Program-made: the position numbers and the translations under genes
Notes under the pieces: model-generated
Told to the model about the DNA's origin: nothing
What the model saw: only the letters and a program-made list of their open reading frames with translations
Databases searched by the model: none
Shown: positions 26,076 through 42,670 of the stretch, piece after piece
How the letters are laid out: each line of letters begins with the position of its first letter
How positions within the stretch are numbered: position 1 is the first letter of the stretch
DNA from: Octopus vulgaris
Lineage: Eukaryota
Direction of reading: 5' to 3'
NCBI GenBank assembly: GCA_951406725.2
Contig: OX597822.1
Coordinates: 14,074,001 to 14,138,000, forward strand
DNA length: 64,000 nucleotides

Positions 26076-28086
26076 ATGACACAACATTGGTTGCCATGGA
26101 AAACAGTTAAACCATTGCAAACTAAACAAAAAACACAATTTACTAACTCCATATTTTTATGATATTTTCTATAATGCATATAAATATAATAAACAAACTT
26201 TGAAAGTGTCAAATGTGGTTGGTATTTTGCAGGCAAGAAAGTAAGTTTTGAATACAGTAAAGCTGTAAGGACAGCAGAGAAAAATTGGATATTTACACAT
26301 ATAAGATGGAAAAAGTTGCCAGAAGGTGGCTATGGAAATCGAACCTGTACCCATCAGATATCAGCTGAGTGCTCTGATCATGAAGCTAAATGGCCTCTGA
26401 CAACAATTACCATCAATTTTAATGCTAAATTATAGCTTTACAAATGCAATAACATTCGTCTTATAAGGGTAAATACCTAATCTTTCTCTGCTGTTCTTAC
26501 AACTTGACAGGATTCGTAATTTATATTCTTGTCCGCTAAATACCAAACACATTTAATGCTTCCAAATGTTCTGTGTGCCTCAGTGTTGGTGTTTGTCCCC
26601 CACACTGCTTGACAACCAGTGTTGGTTTGTTCGCATCACCACTATTTGTCAATTTTGCATAAGTGACTGACAGAATACCTCTCAGATTTTAAAAATCAGT
26701 ACAGGGGTTGATTTGTTCAATGAAACCTTTCCAGCTGGTGCCCTAGCATGGCCACAGTTCAATGACCAAAACAAATAAAACATAAAAGATATATACATGC
26801 CAATGGCACGTAAAAAGTAACATTGAAGCGTGGCTGATGCCAGTGCCTTCTGACTGGCCCCCATGCTAGTGGCACATAAAAAGCACTCATCTACACTCGT
26901 GGAGTGGTTGGCATTAGGAAGGGCATCCAGCTGTAGAAACCTTGCCAGATCGGATTGCAGCCTGGTGCAGCCTTCTGGCTTGCCAGTCCTCAGTCAAACA
27001 GTCCAATTCATGCCAGCATGGAAAGCAGACGTTAAATGAAGGTGGTGGTGGTGGTGGTGGTGGTGGTGACGACGACGACGACGACGACGATGATGATGAT
27101 GATGTTCACATGATGGCAATTACAAGACTAATCATATTTCTTTTGAGTTTCGAAATATCATTAGTGTTGCCACATGTTACAGAACACTTTCCATTAAGTA
27201 GTGGTTCTCTCAAATGCTAACACAGAAATCTAATTAAATAAATGTACACACACACACACACACACACACGTGCATATGATGAGCTTCTTCTCAGTTTCCA
27301 TCAACCAATTCTAAGGTTGGCATTTGTCAGCTCAAGGCTGCACCTGAAGATTCTTGCCTCAGGTGACACATATTGTTAGAACACACAACCAAATGGAGAC
27401 GAAGCGAACTCTGTATTGTTATATTGAGAATTTACAAAAAAACAAACGACGAAGATGGGTGTGTAAACAACAGACAGATGTATTAGTTTAACGCTCAAGA
27501 ACTGAGAAAGCTTACGCTCTTCGACAGAAAGGAACACAGAAACAAAAAGGGAGAGAAAATACAAAAAGGCTTAGTGGCGTGCGATCTATCATGGCAAATG
27601 CTTTACTTGTTCATGTACATGTACACACACAAACACACACAAACACACACACACACACACACACACATATTTATGTATATGTGTATGTGTATATGTATGT
27701 ATACACACACATACATATACATGTACATACCTATATATGAATATGTGTGTGTGTATGAATGTGTACATATATAATAGATATGTACATATATATATACATA
27801 TGTATATATATAGGAATAAAAATTTATATATAAAGAAACAAGAACGTGAAATACACAAAGGGATGAACACAGAAAACAGACAGGCCTTTAATCTTCAGTC
27901 AGAAACCGGATCATCATAGCAAATTTCAGCTGATTAATTCTGATATTTGCTCCAACGCGGCCAGCCCCAAGGAAAAACTAAGATGTGAGCATTAGATCTC
28001 TTGGAAAACAGGAACGAATGTAAACGCAACAGGGACGAATATAAATACAAAAAACGAAAACAAAAATAAAAACAAGAATGGTTAAT

Positions 28087-28153
<67 letters not shown>

Positions 28154-28963
28154 AAATAAATATATATATATGTATATATATGTATATATATGTGTGTGTG
28201 TGTGTGTGTATGTATGTATAAAGAGAGAAAAAGGAAGAAAGGAGTCACAAAGAAGTTTTAAAAAGAAACCGAAAAGCAAGGCAGTCGGCATATGTTATGA
28301 GGTTGTTGTCTTCAGATTTAACAAAGTATGTCTTTCTGGTTTATGATTAAGCAGACGACTGATGATCAAAGATACTTCATACATAATCACCTCAAATTTT
28401 TCCCATGTCCAGGTACACCTGAACTAGAATCACATTATCCAATGAGTTCTTCAAGGTGTTGTTTGAAGAACTGACTGCTATTTCTTACAGATCAAGCGAT
28501 CACATACAGGCTCCCGCATTAGTAAATTATGTAAGAAAGATAATTAACTAATGAGAAAATTACTAATTAGATCATCTAGTAATTAGGTTAGTAGGTTAAT
28601 CAGAAAGTTTGTTGGTTGGTAATTTTGTAGTTTTCTTAATTAATTGCTGAGTCAATTTGCTATGGGTGTTGTATGTAGGTGAAGATAGATAAAAAGGAAG
28701 TGACATCACAGTGGTATGGAAGAGGAATGGTGGTAGAGGAAGCACTGTTTAGGCATAGCTAAGCACAGGAAGTTCACTTTCTCACCCATGTGGTTTCAAG
28801 GTTAAGTCCGACTATGTAGCACCTTGGGCAGGTGTGTTCTACTATAGCTTGGGGGCCATGAAAAGAATTGGCAGAGAAAAAATGGAAACAAGAAGCCAGT
28901 CATACACACACACACATCATCATCATCATCATCATCATCACCATCATCATAAAGCAGGCTTCC

Positions 28964-28998
<35 letters not shown>

Positions 28999-29000
<2 letters not shown>

Positions 29001-29385
29001 CTAATGTAGGATAAAATTTTTTCGAGAAAAAAATTTCATCAATGGCCAGCATATCAAAAAATACCTTTAAAGGTTAAATTTATAAATAATTTACAATATA
29101 AGGGCAAAAGAAAAATTCTAATGCCAAATATGCCGAAAAAAGACAAAAATTGTCAGTTAACCATTATAATCTATGCGTCTCGAAACAAACCGATAGAAAT
29201 TTCTAAAAAATTCATTATTACCGTATTGGACCAATTTCGGAGTTGATTCATAAGAATTTTCTCCTCTTCAGTGGCAAATACACGAGATATAAGTGAATTA
29301 TAAATTATAATGGTTAACTGACAATTTTTGTCTTTTTTTCAGCCGATTTGGCATTAGAATTTTTCTTTTGCCCTTATATTGTAAA

Positions 29386-29394
<9 letters not shown>
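28999..29394 (-). mobile_element. Penelope-like foldback insertion in (TA)n
   Basis: Inverted arms at 29081-29174 and 29300-29394, a one-sided extension at 28999-29080, and a hammerhead between the arms. Confidence 0.7.
29218..29277 (-). ncRNA. Hammerhead ribozyme motif with an intact core
   Basis: Minus strand: TTGCCA-CTGAAGA-GGAG..CTCC-GAAA-TTG(GTC)CAA-TA-CGGTAA, with an AUA triplet and one mismatch at the base of stem I. Confidence 0.7.
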
Positions 29395-29444
<50 letters not shown>

Positions 29445-29544
29445 CATACATACATGCATATATATATATATATACACATACACACACACATATACATACA
29501 TATACATACATATCTATATATCTAAGTCTCTCTCTCTATTGCGT

Positions 29545-29822
29545 AATGAGATAAAAAACCAAGGCTGTGTAGATATTAGAACATTTATAGATAGAAGGTC
29601 TTACAGCTGTTTCCAGGATATTTATTAATTATATCCTTTCATAGGAGATGGCGTGAGAGGACGGCTAAGTATATATATATATATACTTAGGGATATAATT
29701 AATCAATGAATATCCTGGATATAATTAATAAATATCCTGGAAACAGCTGTAAGACCTTCTTTCTATAAATGTTCTAATATCTACATAGCCTTGGTTTTTT
29801 ATCTCATTGCGCAAAAAATTCT

Positions 29823-29826
<4 letters not shown>
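29545..29826. mobile_element. Penelope-like foldback, same family as 3426-4270
   Basis: Inverted arms at about 29545-29637 and 29716-29812 sharing CCAAGGCTGTGT...ACATTTATA...CTTACAGCTGTTTC with the 3.4-kb element. The HHR core is decayed. Confidence 0.65.
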
Positions 29827-29865
<39 letters not shown>

Positions 29866-31174
29866 ACAAATATTTGTATATATGTGTAAATGTTTGTATG
29901 TATGTATGCAGGCAGGTATGTATGTATTGAAGCATATGTCTATTTGTGTGTGTGTATGTGTGTGTGTGTGCTATTGTCTCCTTGTCTTGATATTACCCTG
30001 ATAGTTGCAAATGAGTAAGGGCTACATGTTGAAAGGCAAAGTGTGAGTGAAGGTGTAATTACAATCTGTAAGTGCAAGTTCAAGTGTGCGTACAAAATGC
30101 ATAATATTCAAGGTGAGTGTGAGTGAATGGTGGGGTGGGGTGGCACGTCGGGTAGATGCTGCTGCAAAAGAGTGGAAGTCGGGTGTGTCGAAGTGTAACT
30201 GAAGCTGAAGGAACGGTGGAGGTGGGTAGTTAATGGTGTGGCAGGGTAAGGGCGCGGAGTGATCGAGTGAGTTGCTGCATGTGTGTGTTGGGGGCGGGGT
30301 AGGGTGGGGGTGGGCGTTGACTGAGCTGTTGAGTGGGGTTGGGCGGGGCGAGGTGGGGTTGGGAGAGAATATAATATAAGGCAAAAGTGTGCGAGGTTTG
30401 AGCTTGATGTGAGATGCAGCTTACCATGCACATATTAAATATGTGAGTGATGTCGTGGCAGACATGGACACATAAAACTCACAAACTGGTGTACACACAC
30501 GAATTGATTCACACAAGGATTCATGTTCAGTCCCATGGCACAACACCTTGGGCTAAGGTCTTCTGCTACAGCCCCAGGATGACCTAAGCCTTGGGAGATG
30601 GAAATTAAAAGAATATCACTACACTTATAGGGTGGTGTATGTATGCATGTATGTATGTATATATATGTGTGTGTGTGTGTATGTGTGTATATATATAAAC
30701 ACACATACATCTACATATACAAAGTATGTACATATATCATCATCATCATGCTGGTAGTGATTGGATGGTTTGACTGGGGACTGCCAAGCCAGAAGGCCAC
30801 ACCAGGCTCCAATCTGATCTGGCAGTGTTTCTACAAGCTGGATACCCTTCCTAATGCCAGCCACTTTACAGAGTGTACTGGGTGCTTTTTATGTGCCACT
30901 GGCACGGGGGCCAGTCAGGTGGGCCTGGCATCAATCATGTTCAGATAGTGCTTTTTACATGCCACCAGCCTGGCACTGATCACATTCGGATAGTGCTGAC
31001 CGCGTGTCTATTGTTGGCAATTTTCTTTCTCCGTCTTCCCTTCTTTTGACTTTTTCTATATTTCTGATGAAGAGCTCCACTCGAAACGGGAAATCCTCTT
31101 TCTTTTCTTTCCTCTACTGAGCATCCAGTCCTTGCGTTGTTGTTTTTTCTTGCTTGTTCATGTTTGGATTAACT

Positions 31175-31492
<318 letters not shown>

Positions 31493-31738
31493 TCATCATC
31501 ATCATCATCGTTTAGCGTCTGTTTTCCATGCTAGCATGGGTTGGACGAACTTACCGTGCTTACCTTGGATCGTAGGGCAACCTATGTGCAACCCATATAT
31601 ATATATATAAATGAATAAATATTCAAATGATATTTATATAAATATTATTATTAGTCCTTATTAATGAAATAGACAATAACAATAATATAAGTAGCCAGCT
31701 AGCAAAAGCTGATAAATAGTAAATCCAAAATTTTGTAA

Positions 31739-32136
31739 TCTTTATATATAAAAGTCAAGTTGTGTGTCTGTCTCCTACGATTTAGATTCCTAACTACTCC
31801 CACATTTTGCGGTGCAGTTTAACCAAACCGGGTATCTTATAGTCGTGATTCATATCGAGCCCTTCTGGGTATTAGCGTGCATCTACGATGAGTCTACGAT
31901 TTAAAAAAAAATTTACCATCATTTTTTTCCATTTTAATGCATTTTTTCGCTATTATATAAGGGAAGTAACTCTCTAAAAATGTCTACGATGAGTGAACGA
32001 TTTAAAAAAAAATTTACCATAATTTTTTTTTTCATTTTTAATGCATTTTTTTGCTATTTTTGGGCTATAACTCTCTAAAAATGCTTATATAGTTATTTCC
32101 CTTACAAACCTGAGCAACGCCGGGTGATACTGCAAG
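31739..32136 (+). mobile_element. Non-autonomous Helitron, family 2, copy 1
   Basis: A|TCTTTATATATAAAAG start, a 3' GC hairpin and a CAAG|T end (variant of CTAG). Near-identical to 38031-38432. Confidence 0.75.
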
Positions 32137-32731
32137 TTAATTTATAATTATAATTGAGGCAACAAGAGGTGTCAGCATTGCTGTAAGAATTTGTCATACA
32201 TCTGTGGGTGTGCAGCCACCAGGTGCATGGCTCGTCCACGAAAGTCAACAGCCCCAGGGAAGGCTTGCCTTACAGCTGCCAATGCCCTTGGTGGCACCAC
32301 CCACCGATAAACCAGGCAGCCTGGAGTGTTACGATCTGCCGGTGGTAAGTTAATTTCTTTACTCAGAGCCTGATTTCTGTTGTGCCTGTTGCATTTCCAG
32401 TGAATTGAGGGCTATTGGAGGATTTTTCGTCTCTGATTTTTACAGCAAAGCTGGCACTTCGGGTTATCCTCAATTATAATTATAAAATTTATATATGAAT
32501 GATGATGATGATGACGACGACGACGACGACGACGGTGGTGGTGGTGGAGGTAATGATGATGATAGTGATGATGATGATGATGATGATGATGATATACATA
32601 CACTTCTCTGTATTTGACAATTGCTTTGTTAAGAGAAACATGTATATTCAGTTCTACACCAAGTTATTATGTCACAATGCTTTAGCAATATATATATATA
32701 TGTGTGTGTGTATGTATGTATATATATATAC

Positions 32732-32847
<116 letters not shown>

Positions 32848-33140
32848 GTATATATGTATGTGTATATATATATATGTATGTATGTATCTATATATATAAA
32901 CAAATAGATTTAAATTCAGTCTTCATGGATATGTGAATCCTAATATACGCAAGAAGTTACACTGAGGAAATTCTTGGCCAAAAAACAATGAATTTTTATG
33001 ATTTTATTATTGCTGAGAATTGAAACATTTCTACATGATTTATATTTAACTAGCTGGCTCCATGCCATAAAAAATCACGGCTAATTGTAGTATTTTATAT
33101 ACAAATACGGATAGTGAATCAAATTAATACACTTGTCAAT

Positions 33141-33303
33141 TATTTACGTTTGATGTATATTTGTCCTCATCTTGTTTGTTGTTAACACAACGTTTCGGCT
33201 GATGTACTCTCCAGCCTTCATCTTGGGGAAATTTTGAACCTGGGTTCTCCTACCTAAGGTATTTTTCGATGTTGTTATTATTATTATTACTATTACTATT
33301 ATT

Positions 33304-33346
<43 letters not shown>

Positions 33347-33414
33347 TCATTATTATTATTATTAGTATTATAATTATTATTCTGTTGATAAGTTCGATTC
33401 CAACAGTGCAGTGA

Positions 33415-33453
<39 letters not shown>

Positions 33454-33635
33454 CAATAATAATAATGATAACAACAACAACAACAACGTCAAAAAATACC
33501 TTAGGAAATAGAACCCAGGTTTGAAATTTCCTTAAGACACCTGATGAAAGCAAACAAGATGAGGACAAATATCCATCAAACGTAAATAATGTAAATAATG
33601 TACATAATTCCTCATCTCTTAAATATAGAACTGTA
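33141..33635. mobile_element. Penelope-derived tRNA-like + hammerhead element, copy 2 (foldback, deleted)
   Basis: TSD ACACTTGTCAAT/ACACCTGTCAAT (33129-33140 and 33636-33647). The minus half and plus half each retain part of the HHR; the complete terminus ...AAATATAGAACTGT is at 33634. Confidence 0.75.
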
Positions 33636-34048
33636 ACACCTGTCAATGCTATCTTGTGGTTATCTTTTGAGATGTGACATTGATCATCGTTTGTTACTGA
33701 AGGAAAACTGGTTCACACACACAAACATTCACATACTACCCTTTTACATACACACACATATACTCACACAGAGTTGAAATGCTGTTTGATTTTTTTTTAC
33801 CCCTTCCTTATTGTTCATCTATCATTCCTCCCTTTCTCATTCATATGTTGTGATGGAATAAAACGCAAAAATATTATTATAGTAGACACTTTTTACTTAT
33901 TATATTGCTTTATATCGTATTATTATAAGAATATAATATAATATACTATTATGCTAATGAATTTTGAATTTTAATTTTGAATTGCCAGTTGTTAAGCATC
34001 ATAAACAGTAAATAATATATAGTATATATATATATATATACATATATA

Positions 34049-35882
<1,834 letters not shown>

Positions 35883-37410
35883 GGAAAGTTTACGAAAATA
35901 AACAAAAGACGAAGGCAGGTGGAATACAAACAAACAATTGTATTAATATAGCGCTCAAGAATAGAAAAAGTCTTTTACGTTTCGAGCCTACGCTCTTTGA
36001 CAGAAAGATACACAGAAAAAAACAAGGAGAGAAACAAGGAGAGAAAAAAATGCGTGTAGTAGCTAATGATCTATCATGGCGTCTTGACTTCGGACAATGG
36101 TCAGACATGAGAGGGACAGTAGGTGAGATAACAGGGTCAAGTGACTTCCAATATGAAGGTGTCCCCAACACAAAGGTGCGTGTGTATAAGAGAGTATGTA
36201 TGTGCATGTGAAAGAGGGCTGGTGGTCTGGACGTATGTATGTATGTGTGGGTGTGGAGATGTGGGGATGGGTGTGTGGGTGGTGTGTTGCGATGTGATGT
36301 GTAATGTTGTATGGTGTAGTGTAGTGTGGTGTGGTGTTGTGGGGAGGTGGGGGAGGCATGTGATGTTGTAGGGTGTAGTGTAGTGTGGTGTGATGTTGTG
36401 GGGAGGTGGGGTAGGCAAGAGTGGGGAAAGCACAGGTGGGGTGTGGGTTCGGCTGGGGGTGGGATAGAGTGCGGGTTGTGGGTAGGTAGAGGGTGGGGTC
36501 AAAGGTGAGGTATGTGGGGGGTATGGGATAGGAGTGAGGTATGTGGGGAGGGTGGGGTTTAGAGTGGGGGGAGGGGTGGGAAGAATAGAGAATGTGGAGT
36601 AGGGGTGGGTGGGTGTATGGGGGAGGGGAAGGTAGGTATATGAGGAGAGAGAGGAGGAGAGAAGGAGAGAAGGGAAGAGAGTATAGGGCTATTGGACGCT
36701 CAGGAAAGGAAAGAAAGAAGAAGGATTTAACATTTTGAGTGGAGCTTTTCGACAGAAACATAAAAAGAGGAAAGGTCCAAGGAAGGAAAGATGGAGAAAG
36801 AAAATTGCCAATGATACACATGCAGTCACATATATAGATGAAATTTACAGAGAAACAAAAGATGAAGACAGGAGTATAAACAACAACCAGATGTGTTATA
36901 CATGCATATATGGGTACAGGATGTCACCAACAGTTTAAACAACATGAAATACGTAAACAAACGAGTTAAATACATAAACAATGAGGAAAAATGGAAAACA
37001 GGACAAATAAACACAGAGAAACGCCCCTTCATCAGTTGTTAGCTGTGTACCTATGACAGTTGTTCCTATAAATTCTAAAATAAAATTTAAGATTTATGGA
37101 GGGTCAATGTTGGGAACAAAAACAGGACAGTGGTGATATACCAGGAAACCAAACGAAAACAAACATGGAGAGTTGTTAGACCAGAACAAGAGGAAAATAT
37201 TTTCTTTCGAAAGAGAAAAGATAGAAGAGAGAAACAAAATGTCCAATCTCTTGAACGTCCATGCAGGAAAAGAAAGATGGACGATGGTCACATGTGAGCA
37301 ACGAGAGAAAGAAAGAGAGTGGGAGGGAGAGACAGATAGAAAATGGTGAAGGAGGGAGGAAAAAAGGTATATGTATACATATACACCCACACCCACACAC
37401 ACACACACAC

Positions 37411-37478
<68 letters not shown>

Positions 37479-38030
37479 ATATATATATTGTGTTTGAGTA
37501 AAGGCATAGCAATTAAGGTTCATAAACATGAACAAATTTATATACAAAGTTAATAGAAAAACATAGGGCAGGTGAAGGTGAAAAAGTGTTGGAAAATGGA
37601 AGTAGAAAAGAAAAACAATGAGAAAATAAAAAAGAAAGAAAAGAATAAGGATGGCTGAGTGATGTTTTTGCTGGTATATCTAGCAAAAGCAGCAACCATG
37701 TAAAGGTTTGGTTTGGTAAATATTGTTGCAGTTGTTGTTTATCTCCAAGTAATCTTTGATCAATCAGATTTATGATGTTGGGTATTCTAATAGTGACCAT
37801 CCAATCATTTTAGGACACTGTGAAGTGTGGGATTGCATTATTTAATGTGTCCTTTATTTAAGTTCAATTTGAGGGTGATTTTGGTATTATTTCTAGCGAG
37901 TCAAATGACTCCATAGAAACTCATAGAAATTTACATGACAGTAGGGTTTAGGCCAGGGGCTCTCAAATAGGGTCCACATGACCCTTCGGGATCTGTATAA
38001 GATTTTGTTGTCAAATTTATGTACAACAAA

Positions 38031-38432
38031 TCTTTATATATAAAGGTGAGGTTGTGTGCTGTCTGTCTCCTGCGATTTAGATTCCTAACTACTCCCACAT
38101 TTTGCGGTGCAGTTTAACCAAAACCGGGTATCTTATAGTCGTGATTCATATTGAGCCCTTCTGGGTATTAGCACGCGTCTATGATGAGTCTACGATTTAA
38201 AAAAAAATTTACCATCATTTTTTTTCCATTTTAATGCATTTTTTTCGCTATTATATAAGGGAAGTAACTCTCTAAAAATGTCTACGATGAGTCAACGATT
38301 TAAAAAAATTTTACCATTATTTTTTTTCCATTTTTAATGCATTTTTTTGCTATTTTTTGGCTATAACTCTCTAAAAATGCTTATATAGTTATTTCCCTTA
38401 CAAACCTGAGCAACGCAGGGCGATACTGCTAG
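38031..38432 (+). mobile_element. Non-autonomous Helitron, family 2, copy 2
   Basis: A|TC...CTAG|T with a subterminal hairpin, nested within a probable hAT-type MITE (about 37953-38847, CAGGGGCTCTCAA...TTGAGAATCATG). Confidence 0.8.
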
Positions 38433-40003
38433 TTGGTTATAATTGTATGATATGCAAATTATTCTAAAAATTTATTTTTTTATACAAATCTTAATAATAT
38501 TCCGTTATAAAGGCGTTGAGCTGGCAGAAATGTTAGCTGTATTTCATCTGCCATTATGTTCTGAGTTCAAATTCTACTAAGGTCAGCTTTGCCTTTCAAC
38601 CTTTGGGGGGGGGGCGATTAAATACGTACCAGTTACATACTGGGGATCAATGTAATCGACTTAATCCCTTTGTCTGTCCTTGTTTATCCCCTCTTTGTTT
38701 AGCCCCCTGTGAACAATAAAGAAATAAATATTCCATTATAGAAATATATAAGGTCTTTTTACAGCATCAAATGGCTTTGAGGGCCCATCCAAGGAAAATA
38801 AGGATCAAAGGGGTTCCATAGGCAAAAAAAAAGGGTTGAGAATCATGAGTCTCAGTGAATAGTCCTCTCTTCCTCCTCCTCCACTTCTTCTCATCCTCCT
38901 GCTTCCCTTCCTCCTCCACCTCCTCTTCCCACACTACCTTACTCATGAGCTTAGCATGGAATGATGGTGCAGTATTCTTATCTTTTTAGCTAACACTGAG
39001 ATAAGTCTGAAAGGATTTTTTTTTTTAGCTTTTACAGGGCATGTTTAAAATGTCAGAAAGATGTAAAGACTCCGTTGGTTGGCATGGTGACAAAGACAAG
39101 ATATTTTGGAGAAGTGAGTGTATATAGCTAGATATTAAACTGTATACATCATCACATTTATTTGGCAGCTTGGCACCAGTACAGGAACCACCACTGTTCT
39201 TCAGCTGACAGCAGATGAAGGAAATAGACTGTGTAAAATTATTTATGCACACACACACACACACACAACACACACACACACACAACACACACATGCACAC
39301 ACATACACACGTCTGGGTGCTGAAATTTGTCTCTTCATTAGGTCAGGATGAAAGAATCATCAAAATGGTAAACCTACCCTTAAACATTAACAGTCGGCCT
39401 CCATCCTTCTACTGACACAAGGCTCCTTATACTAAAAGAGGTCATTTGAATGTAATAGCTGTACTTTATACATGCACACACACACACACACACACACACA
39501 TGTGGTATTTATACACATTTATAAACGAAGGATATATATATATATATATACATATATGAAAAACAAGAACGAAAACGCTACTTTCTTAAAATTGGGTACA
39601 TTTTAAATTTCCTTTTACATGTTTCAGTTTTTGAAAAGCCTTACCAAAAATATGTACTAAAATGGAACATGTAAAGGGAAAAGAACTTTTTATAAAATTA
39701 GATTAAAATTAAAATTAAGATTAACATTCATAGTTTATTTTCCTTGTTCCTGCAAGAACATGTAGTTCTGGTAGCATGACATGTTCAACTGACTGTGACT
39801 GCAAATTACTACTACCTGCTTTTGTAAATTGAATAGTGTGGTCAAGCCTTGTTTTCTTAGGAGTGGCAGTTGAATAATGGCCAAGACAAAAACAATAATA
39901 ATAATAATAATAATTGCTTATAGCTTCTTCTAAGTTTGTTTATAAATACTTTTCTCTCTGTTGACCAAAAAGATTTTATAAGGTATGTGATTATTGTTCT
40001 TAC

Positions 40004-42670
40004 CTGTATTCTATTGTTGTCTTTGTCACAGGTATATAGGAATCCCATGTTATCCCATGCTATACCCCAAGGGTAGCTTAGTTCTCCATCACCATGGCCT
40101 GCAGAACCGATAACAGATTGGAAACATCCATGTCTATCGAAAAGTTGAATACGATTGTTGTATCGGTCAGTTACAGCGATGTTGCCAAATTGGTTCACTG
40201 CCACATCTGCTACACAATCAAACTGACCATTTCCTTGACCATAGGATCCAAAAGAATGCAGGAAGATTCCGGTATTATCAAACACTTCAACTCGATGGTT
40301 ACTGCTGTCACAGACATATATTTCATCATCTTCACTCGCTGCTACACCCCGTGGGGATATAAACTGAGACTCTTCATTGCCATGTTCACCAAACCGTGTC
40401 CATGATCGGGATTTTGCTCTATAGTTGTTCCTTGCTTGAGTGACCAGTGTACTTGCTGACTTGCAATGCCTATGTCCTGGTCCTGGTGTTCCAGCAGAGT
40501 TATCACCATCATCATCATCAGAAGAGTCTGCAACACCATGATTATCAAACCTTGACTGGGGAATAGATCGTCTCTTTCTTGTAGACGCTGTGACAGATGC
40601 ACCATTGTCAGTCGAAGAAGAACTCTCCTCTATATCTGGATGTCTGGACTGTGAATGAGAAATTGCTTTGTGGTTCCCATGTGGAGGAGCATCTAGGATT
40701 TGGCCTCTAGGCATTTGTTCAGAGTACCCACAAAGATCTCTCCAGTTAAATGTAATCGGTAGTGTATTCTGACTATAATAGCCAGCAGGATTTCTTGGGA
40801 AACCATTATATCTGGAAGAAATATCTGATCGTGGATGCCATGTAAGAGCAGCTGGTAATATTAAATCAACTGGATTCATTTCCATATTCCTATGGGCCAA
40901 AATGGGTGAATTTGGCAAAGATCTTCGCTGCAAAGGAGCAGATGCATTGTCTTCATATAACACAAGCTCATTTGAGGCTCCATATCTATCGTAATGAGAG
41001 TTTTGTGATCCATGGGAATCCCTTGGTGGTCTCATACCCATTGGATCTCTTTCAGCTAAAAGTCTGCCTCCATCATCCTCATATTCATCATCATCATTGG
41101 AAAAAAGGCTTCTATTTTTGGCGTGAGGTGTGGAAGAATATTCTGTCCTGGTTCTATTCTTTGCTCCTCCATAAGTATCTTGCTTCTTACCATAGCGGCC
41201 TCGGTTTTCATCAGAACCTGAGGAAGTTTTTGATGAAGAAGAGTCACCTTGGTTTCTTTGAGATTCTTTTGAATACTTGGAGTCTCTTTCAAAAACATTA
41301 TCTGAGAAACTTGCTGGATCTCTGAGTGTAGAAGTTCCTGATGGTCCCAAAGCTGCATTCTGCAGAGGTGCACTGGAAGCAGTTGCACCTGCTGCGCCAT
41401 ATGCAATATCAAAAGAATTGTGAGGATTTGATGAAGCTTGAGTGGCTGCAGGTTTCGAACTTTCCTGTAACAAACTTCCACTTAAATTTGAACTCAAAGC
41501 ACTGCTGCTAGCATTATCATTTGCTGTTCTTGAAGAACCATTTCCAGATAAGCTCTGTCTTCTTGATTCATTATATTCTCTCAAGTTGGTGCCTCTTGTA
41601 GAATCTGATGGTCCAAGTATTGAATTTCGAAGATATGAGCTAGGGCTACTGTGAAGAAGTACCATTAACTCCCCAAAATGGTTAATAGCTGGACCCAGCT
41701 GACTGCCATCGGCTTGTAATGTTAGCTGACGTGCTGAAGGCAGTTCAAGAGTTGACTGATTTTGCAGCGTCGAAATGTGTTCCTGTAATTGTCTTTTTAT
41801 ATCTGGCAGATCAACGTTTGATGCTTCAATATCCTCCCTCTGTGTCAGAAGAGGTTCAGTGCTATCACAAAAGCTGGCAATGGTTGTCAGTTCCATTTCC
41901 AGATTTTCCTGGTAAGTTTGTAGAGCATTGAGTTCTGTGTAGTGGAACGTGTCAATTTCTGACAACAGGTAGTCATGCCGAGCTTTCAGTTCTCTCATAT
42001 AATTGTCGATTGTCTCAGAAACTGTATCATTCACTGAGTTGCACATGCGTTGCAGCTGCTCACGACGGTGTTCAACGGAGGTGAGGGACTCCGATACATT
42101 TGGTAGAAGGCGCCGAATGCGCTGAAGCTGTCGTGACATGTCTTGTTTTAGATTTGAGATATGGGAATGTCTGCAGGTTTCACATGTCAGTTCCGTGCAG
42201 TGGGAGCATGTGCTCAATACTGTCATCCGACCACAATCTGAGCACATAGCATGGTTACTGGGTACTCTCGGCTCAACAGGCAATGATAAAGAACTGGGTG
42301 TACTATCAACAGGAGTTGATGGCACTTGTGTTGGCTGTGGGGTCGATGAGACTACATCTGAACCAGCAGGTGCCAGGGATGGAGTGTCGAGAGAGGTGGC
42401 CGTGGATGGCTGTTGTGGAAGCTCAAGGAAACTGATGATAGTGAGGTTGTTTGGAAACCCTGAAGTACCTGCTATAGGGACCCGGTGCTCTAAACGGCAC
42501 TCGGGACATTTTATACGACGAGTGTAATAGTCGACGAGACCTTCGAGACAAGGAGACTCGCAGAACGTGTGTTGGCATGGCAGTAATTTTGGCTGACGGA
42601 ATCTGTCCAAGCAAATTGCACATCGTAGTAGCTGCTGCACCTGTTCTGCTGCATATACGAGATCAGTCAT
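40004..42670 (-). CDS. nhl-1: TRIM-NHL protein (nhl-1/abba-like E3 ligase), first coding exon: RING, B-box-like, coiled coil, disordered linker, NHL repeats 1-3
   Basis: 889 open codons. RING CAICLDRFRQPKLLPCQHTFCESPC..CPECRLEH closely resembles C. elegans NHL-1 and Drosophila Abba/Thin (from recall). Also CSDC..CSHC..CETC..H and three NHL repeats. The ORF-track tail after NNRIQ is intron read-through. A likely acceptor TTGCAG| lies at 42695, 24 nt before the ATG. Confidence 0.95.

Noticed and set aside
39857-40003. C-terminal 48 aa of the 937-aa ORF
   Set aside because: It lies past a consensus donor and NHL similarity ends there; this is intron read-through.
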